This document shows, piece after piece, positions 19,091 through 29,010 of a DNA stretch of 64,000 nucleotides. Source of the stretch: an uncultured cyanobacterium (GTDB lineage Bacteria > Cyanobacteriota > Cyanobacteriia > Phormidesmidales > Phormidesmidaceae). The stretch's first letter is position 1. Each line of letters begins with the position of its first letter. The notes under the pieces are model-generated. The model did no database searches and was not told where the DNA came from. It saw nothing but the letters and a program-made list of their open reading frames with translations. Location: the NCBI GenBank assembly GCA_963793265.1, contig CAWBZI010000005.1, forward strand, positions 370,787 through 434,786, in the 5' to 3' direction. The position numbers and the translations under genes were made by a program.

Positions 19091-19281
19091 ATGTGCCCAA
19101 ACGGTTTGCAACAACCCTATAAAACAGCGTATCACAGGACGCTTTTTATGGTGCTAATTGTTTCATAGGAAATCATCACAATTACGTAGGATGAAGATAT
19201 TGCCCTGCTGCTGACTGGCCGGAATTGTGATGAAGAAAATTGATGTAGGGTTTAAGAACAAACTATTTTAATTTTCTAAAG

Positions 19282-19665
19282 GTGGCGCTTATGGAACCGA
19301 TTACTTTGGCGATGGTCGCGCTGACGGTGGTAGCGACTAAGGCGACGGAAAAGGTGGGTGAAACGCTGGGAGAAGGAGTGATTGCTTCGGCGCAGCGATG
19401 GTTAGAACGGCTAAGGCGACATTCTCCCGATACGGCTATGCGCCTGGAAGCGGCGACGGATGCTGAGGTGATTGAGGCGGAAATTATTGCAGAAGTGACG
19501 CGAGTGTCGGCGAAGCATCCAGATGTGCAGATGGCGATGGATGCGACGGCGGCGGCAGTTGCGCTAGACCAAAGTTCGTTTCAGAGCTTGACCAAGTTAG
19601 CTGACAAAATTGGGGTTGTTAATCTTGGCAATGTGACAACTCAAAACAACACTATTAATCTTTGA
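19282..19665 (+). CDS. small helical Bell-like effector with N/Q-rich amyloid-like C-terminus
   Basis: MEPITLAMVALTVVATKATEKVGETLGEG N-terminal helix; tail KIGVVNLGNVTTQNNTINL; directly upstream of an NB-ARC gene. Confidence 0.6.
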   Translation: MALMEPITLAMVALTVVATKATEKVGETLGEGVIASAQRWLERLRRHSPDTAMRLEAATDAEVIEAEIIAEVTRVSAKHPDVQMAMDATAAAVALDQSSFQSLTKLADKIGVVNLGNVTTQNNTINL

Positions 19666-21563
19666 CTGAGTTCGGCGGGAGGGGCACCGCCAGAGTTAAG
19701 CACCCCTAACAATTTGCCTGTGAGTAATGTCAGCGTGTTTGTTGGTCGCGATGACGACTCGCGGGCGGTGGATGCTTTGCTGATGGAAAATCAGCAGGCT
19801 AATATTGCGGCGGCTGTGGGCATGGGCGGCGTGGGCAAAACGGAGCTGGCTTTGCAGTATGCGCGGTGGCGCGGCGAGGCGTTTGCAGGTGGGGTGTGCT
19901 GGCTGCGAGGGATAGAGCCGATTGCCTCGCAGATTGTGGGTTTTGCGCAGGCTTATTTGAATTTGGATGTGCCGGAGCAGGTGGATAATCCGGTGGCCTG
20001 GTGCCTTCAGCGGTGGCCGAATACGGGAGCCAGAAAAGGGCCGGTGCTGATGGTGGTAGACGACGTGCAGGACTATGGCGCGCTGAAGGCGATGCTGCCG
20101 AGTAGCGGGCGGTTTCGGGTGCTGCTGACGACGCGGCGGGCGATTTTGCCAGTGGGGCAGCGGTTGGCGCTTGCGGTGCTGATGCCGGGGGCGGCGCTGT
20201 TGCTGCTGAAAAGCCTGGTGGGTGCGGCGCGGGTTGAGGCGGAGATAGCAGAGGCAGCGGCGCTGTGCGAGTGGGTGGGGCGGCTGCCGCTGGGCATTGA
20301 GCTGGTGGGCTGATATTTGTCGGAGCGGCCTGAGCTGACGGTGGCGAGGTTGTGATACAGCGGCTAGAAGATAAGCGGCTGGCGGCTAGGGCGCTGATGG
20401 AAACGCATCCAGAGATGACGGCGACGTTGGGCGTGGCGGCGGCGTTTGAGGTGAGCTGGGAGCCGCTGTCGGCAGAGGCAAAGATGCTAGCCGGGCTGTT
20501 GGGGCTGTTTGCGGCTGCGCCTGTGGCGTGGGAATGGGTGCAGCGGGCTTGCGAGCAGGCGGCGGTGCTGGATGAGGAAGCTTTAGAAGATGGGCAGGCG
20601 GCGTTGCTGCGGGTGAATTTGCTGCAAAAGCAAGGGGTGCAGGGTGAATTGCGCTATCAGGTGCATCCGCTGGTGCGGGAATCCTTTGGGATGAAGCGAG
20701 CGGATTTGGCAGAGGCTGAGGCTTTGCAGCGGGGCTTTGCGAAGGCGATGACGGATGTGGCGAAGGCGATACCGCCAGTTGTGACGCTAGATGTACGAGC
20801 GTGGGTGGTCGTGGCTGTGCCGCATTTCGAAGAAGTGACGCAGCGGTGGACAGAGGTTTTGAGCGGCGGTGACAAAACTTGGTGCTGTACGGGACTATCG
20901 CGGTTTTATGAAAGTTTGAGCCAGTGGGACGAGGCGGAGCAGAGCTATAAGAATGCCCTCAAAATTAGTAAAGAGCAGTTAGGCGATCGCCATCCTGACA
21001 CCGCTAGTAGTCTGAATAACTTGGCGTTACTGTATCGTTCGCGGGGCCAGTATGCAGCCGCAGAACCGTTGTATGTAGAAGCGCTGGAAATCTGCAAAAC
21101 AGAGCTGGGCGATCGCCATCCTGCCACCGCTACGAGTCTGAACAACTTGGCGTTACTGTACGAGTCGCAGGGCCAGTATGCCGCCGCAGAACCGTTGTAT
21201 GTAGAAGCGCTGGAAATCTGTAAAACAGAGCTGGGCGATCGCCATTCTGTCACCGCTACAAGTCTGAACAACTTGGCGGGACTGTATCGTTCGCAGGGCC
21301 GGTATGCAGCCGCAGAACCGTTGTATGTAGAAGCGCTGGAAATTAGCAAAACAGAGCTGGGCGATCGCCATCCTGACACCGCTGGAAGTTTGTTCAATTT
21401 TGCCGCGCTTTACTACCAAACCCAGCGACATCAACAAGCCCTATCTTATATCCAACAGGCCTTAGACATCTACGTTCAAAAGCTAGGTTCCGAGCATCCA
21501 AATACACAAGCCGCCCATAGCTGGCTTCTATCCATTCAACAGGCAATTGATGGGTCTGCGTAG
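19666..21563 (+). pseudogene. NB-ARC/STAND ATPase-TPR (NLR-like) gene, disrupted
   Basis: PNNLP..FVGR, Walker A GMGGVGKT, Walker B LMVVDD, LLTTR and GRLPLGI; premature TGA at 20311-20313 (ELVG*YL) and a frameshift near 20350; TPR repeats follow. Confidence 0.85.
20982..21385 (+). repeat. 126-bp intragenic tandem repeats (42-aa TPR units)
   Basis: Units begin at 20982, 21108, 21234 and 21360, each with GGCGATCGCCAT (HIP1 site). Confidence 0.9.
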
Positions 21564-21577
21564 CTAACTTGTCATTC

Positions 21578-21928
21578 TTACTTTGAATCTACGATCTCTT
21601 TTAATTCTCGAACAGCTTGTTCTAACCCTGGCAGGTAATTCTCTACGGCATCCCATATCCTTTCCATATCAATGCCTCTTAAATAATCATGAACCAACAC
21701 GTTCCGAAAACCTGCGAGTGCTCTCCAATCAACATCTGGCGCACTTGCTTTCAAATCATCAGAGAGTCTTTGAGTCGATTCTGCCATCGTCTGCAATCGC
21801 CGTAATACCGCATCTTGAATCAGTACATCGCTCAAAAAGTCAGACTTACCACCTCTGGTATAGTCACGAATCAGCGCAGCGCATTCTGCAATATACTTTA
21901 AATGGACAAGGCTATTCCCATCAGTCAT
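21578..21928 (-). CDS. hepT: HepT-like HEPN RNase toxin (DUF86)
   Basis: RNVLVHDY (RX4HXY); ATG overlaps the antitoxin stop (ATGA). Confidence 0.88.
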   Translation of the reverse strand: MTDGNSLVHLKYIAECAALIRDYTRGGKSDFLSDVLIQDAVLRRLQTMAESTQRLSDDLKASAPDVDWRALAGFRNVLVHDYLRGIDMERIWDAVENYLPGLEQAVRELKEIVDSK

Positions 21929-22215
21929 AGTGGCCGCGCTTCTGCTAAAACCTGCTCTCGAATTAATGGACTGATTCCGTTTTCTGTCAGTATGTCTACC
22001 TTTCGCCCCAACAAATCCTGCCAATCCATCAGCAGCCCACCCGGAAACCAGGGCGTTGTCTTCTCCCGATCGTAATCAATCAGAAAATCAATATCACTCT
22101 CTGAAGTCTCCTCACCCCTCACTACTGAGCCAAACACCCGCACATTGGACGCACCATGGCTTGCTGCAATCTGCAAAATCTCGGCTCGTTTTTCGTGCAA
22201 GGTGTCTAATAGCAT
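21925..22215 (-). CDS. mntA: MntA-like minimal nucleotidyltransferase antitoxin
   Basis: VFGSVVRGEETSESDIDF (GSX10DXD) and LLGRKVD. Confidence 0.88.
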   Translation of the reverse strand: MLLDTLHEKRAEILQIAASHGASNVRVFGSVVRGEETSESDIDFLIDYDREKTTPWFPGGLLMDWQDLLGRKVDILTENGISPLIREQVLAEARPL

Positions 22216-22304
22216 AAGGGCATCTACCTTTTTAACTCAACAGCAACGTTGCTCCTTCAAGTATACAAGGGTCGATCTAAACATACGTGTTCAGCCCGCA
22301 ACAG

Positions 22305-23735
22305 TTACTGCGGCTTCGGCTCGTAAAAGATAGTTTCAATCGGCTGAGAGTAGGCAGGCGGCTTAGTCACCAAACGGTTAGACCGCTCGTACAGAGAGTT
22401 CGACTGCTTTTTACCATATCCAAACAGGGTGTCAACGTCTCCAGAGTCCTCTTGCTTTGAGGGTTGATAGAACGTGTCTTTTTGAAACTGATAAGCCGTT
22501 TGGTATAGCGTCTTTTCAACGCCGTTAATTGTGGTTAGATTAGAGCGATCGCCTCCCCGAACAGGCCGATAGAAGTTATCTGAATGCTGCGTTTGCTTAA
22601 TGCGATCGCCACCCCTATCATCCGCTACACCATAATCCAACGCTGCCAAAGATTTAGGCTGCAACAGCTTTGAAGCCTGGTAAGTCAGCGTAGGATTTTC
22701 ACTAGAGGCAATCCAATTGTTCTTCCAGTTTTCCGACACACTGTTGATATCAAAGCCTGCTGCCCTCTGAAAATGCCATAGGCCGCCCTGCAAAAAGAAA
22801 AAAGCCAGGTAGAAGTGAGCATTGGCTAGCCATACACGAGTCGTATAGCCGTCGGCCAGGGTCGGTTGAGCCTCAAAATAGCGCGGTAGCAGTAACGGTC
22901 TGAGTTCTAGGGTGGGGCCATAGAATTTCTCGGGATAGGCCAGCGAGTCGAAGCCGCAGTACAAGGAGGCCGCAAAGCCTGCGATCGCAATACCAAACAG
23001 TGAATAAGCTAAAATCCCGTCTCCCGAGAAAAAGAAAACCTGCTTAACCCACTGAAAGGGAGGCACCAAAATATGCCAAATGCCACCGACGAGCAGCAGA
23101 GCGGCGACATAGATATGGCCACCCACAAGATCTTCAAGACTGCGAACATCAAACAGATGCGTTCTGTAGTCCCAAATAACAGCCGGATCGAGGGTCGGAG
23201 CGGTAACCAGCCTTGCTGAGTCCGAGTAAGCATCGTAGAGCCCGCCGAAAAACTGCGCTTTGGCAACGAGCAGCAGTGCGCCCAAGCCCAAAAAGATAAG
23301 ATGGTGCCCTAAGATAAGACCTAGTTTTCCAGCATCTTGCCATTCAAAATGAAATTTCTCGGCTCTGTTGTTGGTGGCTTCTAGGCTAGCGGGTAGCCGC
23401 GTATAGTGAAAAAAGGCCCCAGCCGCTAGCACAGCCGCTGCAACAATGTGAATGGCACCAATTGAAAACCAAACGCCGGTATCAACAATAGCGCCCTGTG
23501 GGCCAATGCCCCAGCCCTCAGTCGCCAGATGCGGCAGCAAGATTAGCCCTTGAGTGTAAATCGGCGCGCTCGGAGAATAAACTGCTAGCTCAAACAGCGT
23601 AAAGGCTCCAGCCCACAGCATAATCAGCGCAGCTTGAGCTACATGCGCCACGATGAACGTATTGGAGAGATCGATAAATCGGGCGTTTCCAGCCCACCAG
23701 GGATATTTTTCCTGGGCTTTGTTAGAAGCGTACAT
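22305..23735 (-). CDS. isiX: IsiA/CP43-family chlorophyll-binding antenna IsiX with long hydrophilic C-terminal extension
   Basis: WWAGNARF, AHVAQAALI..WAGAFTLFE, LGHHLIFLG and EDLVGGH; follows apcD4-apcB3; ATG 23735. Confidence 0.82.
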   Translation of the reverse strand: MYASNKAQEKYPWWAGNARFIDLSNTFIVAHVAQAALIMLWAGAFTLFELAVYSPSAPIYTQGLILLPHLATEGWGIGPQGAIVDTGVWFSIGAIHIVAAAVLAAGAFFHYTRLPASLEATNNRAEKFHFEWQDAGKLGLILGHHLIFLGLGALLLVAKAQFFGGLYDAYSDSARLVTAPTLDPAVIWDYRTHLFDVRSLEDLVGGHIYVAALLLVGGIWHILVPPFQWVKQVFFFSGDGILAYSLFGIAIAGFAASLYCGFDSLAYPEKFYGPTLELRPLLLPRYFEAQPTLADGYTTRVWLANAHFYLAFFFLQGGLWHFQRAAGFDINSVSENWKNNWIASSENPTLTYQASKLLQPKSLAALDYGVADDRGGDRIKQTQHSDNFYRPVRGGDRSNLTTINGVEKTLYQTAYQFQKDTFYQPSKQEDSGDVDTLFGYGKKQSNSLYERSNRLVTKPPAYSQPIETIFYEPKPQ

Positions 23736-23830
23736 GGCAGTAGGTTTGCAGATTAGGAGTATTCGGGTAGAGGGCCTGCGCTTACGGGCAGACCCTAGAC
23801 TAAGCAATGACTGATAGAAGGTGCGATCGC

Positions 23831-24316
23831 CTATCTCAAACCCGCAATGATGTGATCGAGATAAACGTCCATTTCCTGACCTGCCTCAGCGCCTACCCGT
23901 TGAGTCACCACCTCCTTCATTGCCTGTATGGCTTGAATAGTCGGCTCAATCGGCACGCCGAGTGATGAGTACGTATCCTTCAGGCCATTGAGAATTCGCT
24001 CGTCCAAAATAGACGTATCGGCAGCCAGCATGGCGTAAGTCGCATAGCGCAAGAAATAGGTAAGATCTTTGAGACAAGCCGCGTAGCGCCGGGTGGGATA
24101 CATATTGCCACCAGGGAGCGTAATGTCTTTGTATAGCAGGCTTTTCTCGACAGTTTTGCTAATAATGCTGTCAACACTTTCGCCAATCTTGCTAGCTGCT
24201 TTGACGCGCAAAGCGCCGGTTTCGAGATATTGCTTGAGCTGGTTAAGGTCGTTACTTTCTAGATACTGACCTTTTTCATCAGCCGGATTAATCAAGGACG
24301 TAATGGTGTCTTGCAT
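23831..24316 (-). CDS. apcB3: allophycocyanin beta paralogue (low-light type)
   Basis: [27 protein letters not shown] and [13 protein letters not shown]; cluster context. Confidence 0.82.
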   Translation of the reverse strand: MQDTITSLINPADEKGQYLESNDLNQLKQYLETGALRVKAASKIGESVDSIISKTVEKSLLYKDITLPGGNMYPTRRYAACLKDLTYFLRYATYAMLAADTSILDERILNGLKDTYSSLGVPIEPTIQAIQAMKEVVTQRVGAEAGQEMDVYLDHIIAGLR

Positions 24317-24368
24317 AGTGGTTTCTAGTTTGTTCTATTCTTGAAAAAACAAGTAAAACGGATAGGCA

Positions 24369-24842
24369 TTAAAAAGAACGCACAAGCTGATCGAAGTAGG
24401 GGCCAGCAAGCGCAGCTTCTTCAGAGCCTAAGCGAGCCATAGCAGCTTGCTTCAGGCAGCGCATTGCCATTTTTAGGTTAGTTAAAGGAACGCCTAGAGA
24501 AACGTACATATCGCGCATTCCATCCAAGCCAATATCTTCTAAGGGCTTAGAATTACCGGCCAGAATGCAATAGCTGACTAAACGGATATACCACCCTTGA
24601 TCTCGTTGGCAGAGGGCTGTTTTTTGCTTATCCCCTCTATTGCTAGGCGTATCAGGACACTGGGCCCAGAACTGCTGGCTGCCCTCTTCAACAATCTTTT
24701 GTTGGCTTCCTGCCAGCTTTTGAGCAGCGCTAATTCGCGCACTACTGTTACTAAAAAAGTCTTGAAGCTGAGTCAGCTCAGCGCTCCCTAAAAAACGATC
24801 GGCGCGATCCGACTGAGCAATCACTTTAGCGACAATACTCAT
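24369..24842 (-). CDS. apcD4: divergent allophycocyanin alpha (far-red absorbing, low-light type)
   Basis: MSIVAKVIAQSD, CPDTPSN and ALCQRDQGWYIRLVSYC; AGGAGG RBS. Confidence 0.82.
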   Translation of the reverse strand: MSIVAKVIAQSDRADRFLGSAELTQLQDFFSNSSARISAAQKLAGSQQKIVEEGSQQFWAQCPDTPSNRGDKQKTALCQRDQGWYIRLVSYCILAGNSKPLEDIGLDGMRDMYVSLGVPLTNLKMAMRCLKQAAMARLGSEEAALAGPYFDQLVRSF

Positions 24843-25321
24843 TGACTAAACCTCCTGAGACTTGAATTTATTTTGCTTTAAAGAAGAACGTATTTTTGCG
24901 TTGATTCCAGTAAGACAAAGCTTTCTGATACTAGACAAATCGTGACAAAGTAGACGATTTTCCCAATCGAGAACCTAGATATATATTCTTTTAGGAACAA
25001 CATATCCAATGGCTTGTACTGGCTCAAACACTTATCAAAAGATGTCTGAGTTGATAGGTATTTCTACTTGTCTTTCTTTCACTAACCATAAGAGCCCTCG
25101 AACCTATAGGCACATTCTGTTAATAAACTAAACACATAAGTTCAAGGATATTTATCTTCGAGTAGAAAATTTTGATGAACCCAATTCTATGGATAGATAA
25201 GGAGATAGCCGCGATCGCTTTTATAACTCATAGCGGTTTTGCTATTGCCGCGCACGAGTCTATGAAAATACGTGGGTATTTCGATAAAATAAAGCCATGG
25301 ACTTCGTTGAGATATGGACAT

Positions 25322-25852
25322 ATGGCAAAGGTTTTAAAGGTTGCAGAAATAGGGAATCCGGTATTGCGATCGCCCGCCCACCCCATTGAAAACATCCAGT
25401 CTCCCACCGTCCAAAAGCTCATAGACAACCTCATCTACACCGCAAAGAAAACCAACGGCGTCGGCATCGCGGCTCCTCAAGTCTTTGAAAGCAGCCAGCT
25501 CTTTATTGTTGCTTCTCGACCTAATCTTCGCTACCTAAACGCACCCACCATGGAGCCCACACCTATGATCAACCCTAAGATTTTGGCTTTTTCAGATGAG
25601 AAAGAGAAAGGGTGGGAAGGCTGCTTGAGCGTACCGGGGATGAGAGGACTGGTGGAGCGTTCTAAAGAGATTGAAGTGATGTATTGCGATCGCTATGGAA
25701 ACCAACACCAAAAAGTATTCACTGACTTTGTGGCTCGCATTATCCAGCACGAATTCGATCATATCAACGGCAAAGTCTTTCTAGACCGCGTAGAGAGTAC
25801 GCTAGATTTGATGAGTGACGCCGAATATCATTCGCAAATTGTCTGTGGCTAA
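25322..25852 (+). CDS. def: peptide deformylase
   Basis: GVGIAAPQ, EGCLS and QHEFDH; start at 25322. Confidence 0.95.
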   Translation: MAKVLKVAEIGNPVLRSPAHPIENIQSPTVQKLIDNLIYTAKKTNGVGIAAPQVFESSQLFIVASRPNLRYLNAPTMEPTPMINPKILAFSDEKEKGWEGCLSVPGMRGLVERSKEIEVMYCDRYGNQHQKVFTDFVARIIQHEFDHINGKVFLDRVESTLDLMSDAEYHSQIVCG

Positions 25853-25894
25853 GACCGATGGCGATACTTATATTTATGCGTAGCGATATGCTTG

Positions 25895-26449
25895 CTAGCT
25901 AATAATCCAGCTATACACCTCGGCTAAATCATTCAACTGATAGTGCGCGTTTAGGCCGCTAGGGTTCGGCAGTGCCCATACCTGGGTGCCTTCCCAGTCG
26001 GGCTGAGGGCCAATTTTGGCTTTAGGCTGAGCAAAGGCGATGCGGTAGGCCGTGATGCCTAAGAAGGCCAGACATTTAGGTTTGTATTGATGCACTTTGG
26101 CGGCGAGGAGCTTGCGGCCTTCCTTTATTTCGTCTTTGCTCAGCTCGTCAGCGCGGGCAGTGGCGCGAGGGGCCATGTTGGTGATGCCGTAGCCTAGATC
26201 GATCAGGCTAGCGTCTTCGCGCGGGTCGTACAGGCGCGGGGTGATTCCGGCCTTGTGGAGGGCGGGCCAAAAGCGGTTGCCGGGTCTGCCGAAGTGGTGG
26301 CCGATGGCGACGCTGTAGAGGCTGGGGTTGATGCCGCAGAAAAGGACTTTGAGGTTTGGGGCAATGACATCCGGCATGGTTTCGCCGTGGCAGGCGGCGA
26401 CTTCGGCTTTGCTGGGGCCTTTAGCGGGCGCTTTACGTTTTGAGGGCAT
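25895..26449 (-). CDS. mug: G/U mismatch-specific DNA glycosylase
   Basis: FCGINP, GNRFW and LPNPSGLNAH. Confidence 0.92.
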   Translation of the reverse strand: MPSKRKAPAKGPSKAEVAACHGETMPDVIAPNLKVLFCGINPSLYSVAIGHHFGRPGNRFWPALHKAGITPRLYDPREDASLIDLGYGITNMAPRATARADELSKDEIKEGRKLLAAKVHQYKPKCLAFLGITAYRIAFAQPKAKIGPQPDWEGTQVWALPNPSGLNAHYQLNDLAEVYSWIIS

Positions 26450-26504
26450 GGAGGATGAGGCAGGGTATATGATTATTGTGCACTAGATGCTGTATTACAT
26501 ACTT

Positions 26505-26570
26505 TAGCGATCGCCCCGCCAAACAAACACGCCTAATAGCGATCGCCCCGCCAAACAAACACGCCTAATA
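26505..26570. repeat. perfect 32-bp tandem duplication containing HIP1, immediately upstream of argS
   Basis: tagcgatcgccccgccaaacaaacacgcctaa x2. Confidence 0.9.
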
Positions 26571-26575
26571 ACGCC

Positions 26576-28333
26576 ATGAAATCTACGCTAAATGAACTTA
26601 AAAAACGTGTGCAGGCTGCACTAGCGGCTGCGTTTGGTGATGAGTATCAGGGTACCGATCCTATTTTAGTCAGTACGAATAATCCTAAGTTTGGCGACTA
26701 TCAGGCCAATGTAGCGATGTCGTTAGCTAAGCCGCTGAAGAGTAACCCGAGAGCGATCGCCACTCAAATTGCCGAAAATCTAGACGTATCAGACTTCTGC
26801 GAGCCGCCTGCGATCGCTGGCCCTGGGTTCATTAACTTCAAGCTAAAAACTGAGTATTTAGAGGCGCAGTTAAAGAAGGTGCATGGGAGCGATCGCCTCG
26901 GCATTGAAAGAGCAAACCCGCCGCAAAGAGTGATTGTTGAATACCCAAGCCCTAACATCGCTAAAGAAATGCACGTGGGCCACCTGCGCCCGGCAATTAT
27001 GGGGGAATGCTTCGCTAGAATCATTGACTTTCAAGGGCACGACCTTTTAAGAGTCAACCATGTAGGCGACTGGGGCACACCCTTTGGCATGTTGATCACC
27101 TACCTGCAAGAGGCTTATCCTGACCCGCAGCAGGCGGCAGAAGCCTCTACTTCTGGCGATTTGGCAACATTTTACCGACAGGCCAAAAAGCGCTTTGATG
27201 AGGACGAAACTTTTAAGGAGAACGCTCGGCAGGCCGTTGTAAAGTTGCAGGCAGGTGACCCGGAGATTTTAGAAGCCTGGGAGCGCGTCTGCAATCTCTC
27301 CAAACGAGCGTATCGTAAAATCTACGATCTGTTGAATATTTCACAAGAGATTGTTGATCGCGGTGAGTCTTTTTACAATCCATACTTACCAGATGTGATT
27401 ACGGATTTGGATAAAGCTGGGCTGCTGGTTGAAGACGATGGTGCGCAGTGCGTCTTTTTAGAAGGCTTTACTAACAAAGATGGCGATCCGCTGCCGATGA
27501 TTGTACAGAAGTCTAACGGCGGCTACAACTATGCAACAACAGATTTGGCCGCGATTCGCTATCGTGTGACTCAAGATAAAATAGACCGAGTGATATATAC
27601 CACCGATGCCGGTCAATCTAATCACTTTACGCAAATTTTTCAGGTGGCGAGAAGGGCCGGTTGGGTGCCTGAAACCGTGTCGCTAGATCATGCGCCGTTT
27701 GGACTGGTGCTAGGTGAAGACGGGAAGCGGCTGAAGTCTCGAACGGGGGAGGCGGTGCCGCTGAAGGCTTTGTTGGATGAGGCGATCGCTCGCACCCGTA
27801 AAGATATAGAACAACGCTTAGAAGCTGAAGAAAGAACAGAATCAGACGAGTTCATTCAAAACGTGGCTGAGAAAGTCGGTATTGGCGCGGTGAAATATGC
27901 AGATCTGAGTCAAAACCGTGTAAGTGACTACACCTTTAGCTACGACAGAATGCTTGACTTAAAGGGGAATACGGCTCCTTATATGATGTATGCTTACGTG
28001 CGGGTGCAGGGGATTAGCCGTAAGGGCGGCGTAGATCTTTCTACGTTAGATGCTGAGCTGAAGCTGACTGAAGAGAGTGAATTTACGCTGGCAAAGCATC
28101 TGTTGCAAATGGATATGGTGCTTGATGAAGTAGAAAAAGAGCTGCTGCCTAACCGCCTGTGCCAGTATTTGTTTGAGCTGAGCCAAAAGTTCAATCAGTT
28201 CTATGATAAGTGCAGCGTGCTTCAGGCCGATGAACCTGCGCGCACGTCTAGACTGGTGCTGTGTGATTTGACTGCCAGATCTTTGAAGCTGGGGCTATCG
28301 CTGCTTGGCATTGAAGTGCTCGAACGTATGTAG
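26576..28333 (+). CDS. argS: arginine-tRNA ligase
   Basis: [31 protein letters not shown] and C-terminal LERM. Confidence 0.98.
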   Translation: MKSTLNELKKRVQAALAAAFGDEYQGTDPILVSTNNPKFGDYQANVAMSLAKPLKSNPRAIATQIAENLDVSDFCEPPAIAGPGFINFKLKTEYLEAQLKKVHGSDRLGIERANPPQRVIVEYPSPNIAKEMHVGHLRPAIMGECFARIIDFQGHDLLRVNHVGDWGTPFGMLITYLQEAYPDPQQAAEASTSGDLATFYRQAKKRFDEDETFKENARQAVVKLQAGDPEILEAWERVCNLSKRAYRKIYDLLNISQEIVDRGESFYNPYLPDVITDLDKAGLLVEDDGAQCVFLEGFTNKDGDPLPMIVQKSNGGYNYATTDLAAIRYRVTQDKIDRVIYTTDAGQSNHFTQIFQVARRAGWVPETVSLDHAPFGLVLGEDGKRLKSRTGEAVPLKALLDEAIARTRKDIEQRLEAEERTESDEFIQNVAEKVGIGAVKYADLSQNRVSDYTFSYDRMLDLKGNTAPYMMYAYVRVQGISRKGGVDLSTLDAELKLTEESEFTLAKHLLQMDMVLDEVEKELLPNRLCQYLFELSQKFNQFYDKCSVLQADEPARTSRLVLCDLTARSLKLGLSLLGIEVLERM

Positions 28334-28347
28334 GCTATCTGAAAGCT

Positions 28348-29010
28348 ATGAGAATTACAAAACTAAGCGTTCGGCCCGTCATGGCGATTTGGCGGCGGTC
28401 ACTTGCAAAGCTGCTAGCTTTTTATGATCGCAAGCGCGGAAAGCTGTTCTTTTTCTTTCCGAAGCTGTTCTTTGCCTTTGTATTGGTGAATATGGCCTGC
28501 TTTTGGCTAGCGATACTGACCACACACCCCGAAGAATTTGCAGGCGATGAGCGGCTTGAATATTTGCTCATGCAGTTTCCAGTAGGTGTTTTGGGCGCTG
28601 TATTCGACAGCTTGTCGTTCTTTATAACCGTGTGGATTGCGCGCAGGGCGCTGAAAACAACTTCGCTGCCGAGCTATGTGGCGCATTTAAGTATTGATGT
28701 GCTGATTGCGATCGCTGCTACCGGCTGGGTGCTCATGGTGTTCTCAGTATCCGGCTGGCTAGTCGGCACCCTCCTACAGTTTTTCCTACAGGCACCAGAG
28801 GCCGCAACGTCTATCGCGCAAAGCTCTGCTAAATACGAATCTCGGGCCACCGCAGCGATTCGAGATCCGTTAGGAAAAGAGAATATTAAAAACATCTACT
28901 TTGGCGTAATTATGGGCTTTAGCGCCATGATTCCAACGCTGACCCACCTTTATCTCTCTGCGCAGTCAGTGTTTTTGTATGCCAGAAAAGTAGCTAGGCG
29001 TCGGCTTTAG
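28348..29010 (+). CDS. hypothetical membrane protein
   Basis: Several TM segments; GAVFDSLSF and HLSID. Confidence 0.7.
   Translation: MRITKLSVRPVMAIWRRSLAKLLAFYDRKRGKLFFFFPKLFFAFVLVNMACFWLAILTTHPEEFAGDERLEYLLMQFPVGVLGAVFDSLSFFITVWIARRALKTTSLPSYVAHLSIDVLIAIAATGWVLMVFSVSGWLVGTLLQFFLQAPEAATSIAQSSAKYESRATAAIRDPLGKENIKNIYFGVIMGFSAMIPTLTHLYLSAQSVFLYARKVARRRL

Noticed and set aside
20982..21385. Regularly spaced repeats as a CRISPR array
   Set aside because: Contiguous 126-bp coding TPR units with no unique spacers and no cas genes.
18500..22300. Prophage or integrative element
   Set aside because: No integrase, transposase, phage structural gene or att repeats seen.
22305..24842. FaRLiP cluster
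   Set aside because: No rfpABC, chlF, apcE2 or psa/psb paralogues; gene content fits apcD4-apcB3-isiX.
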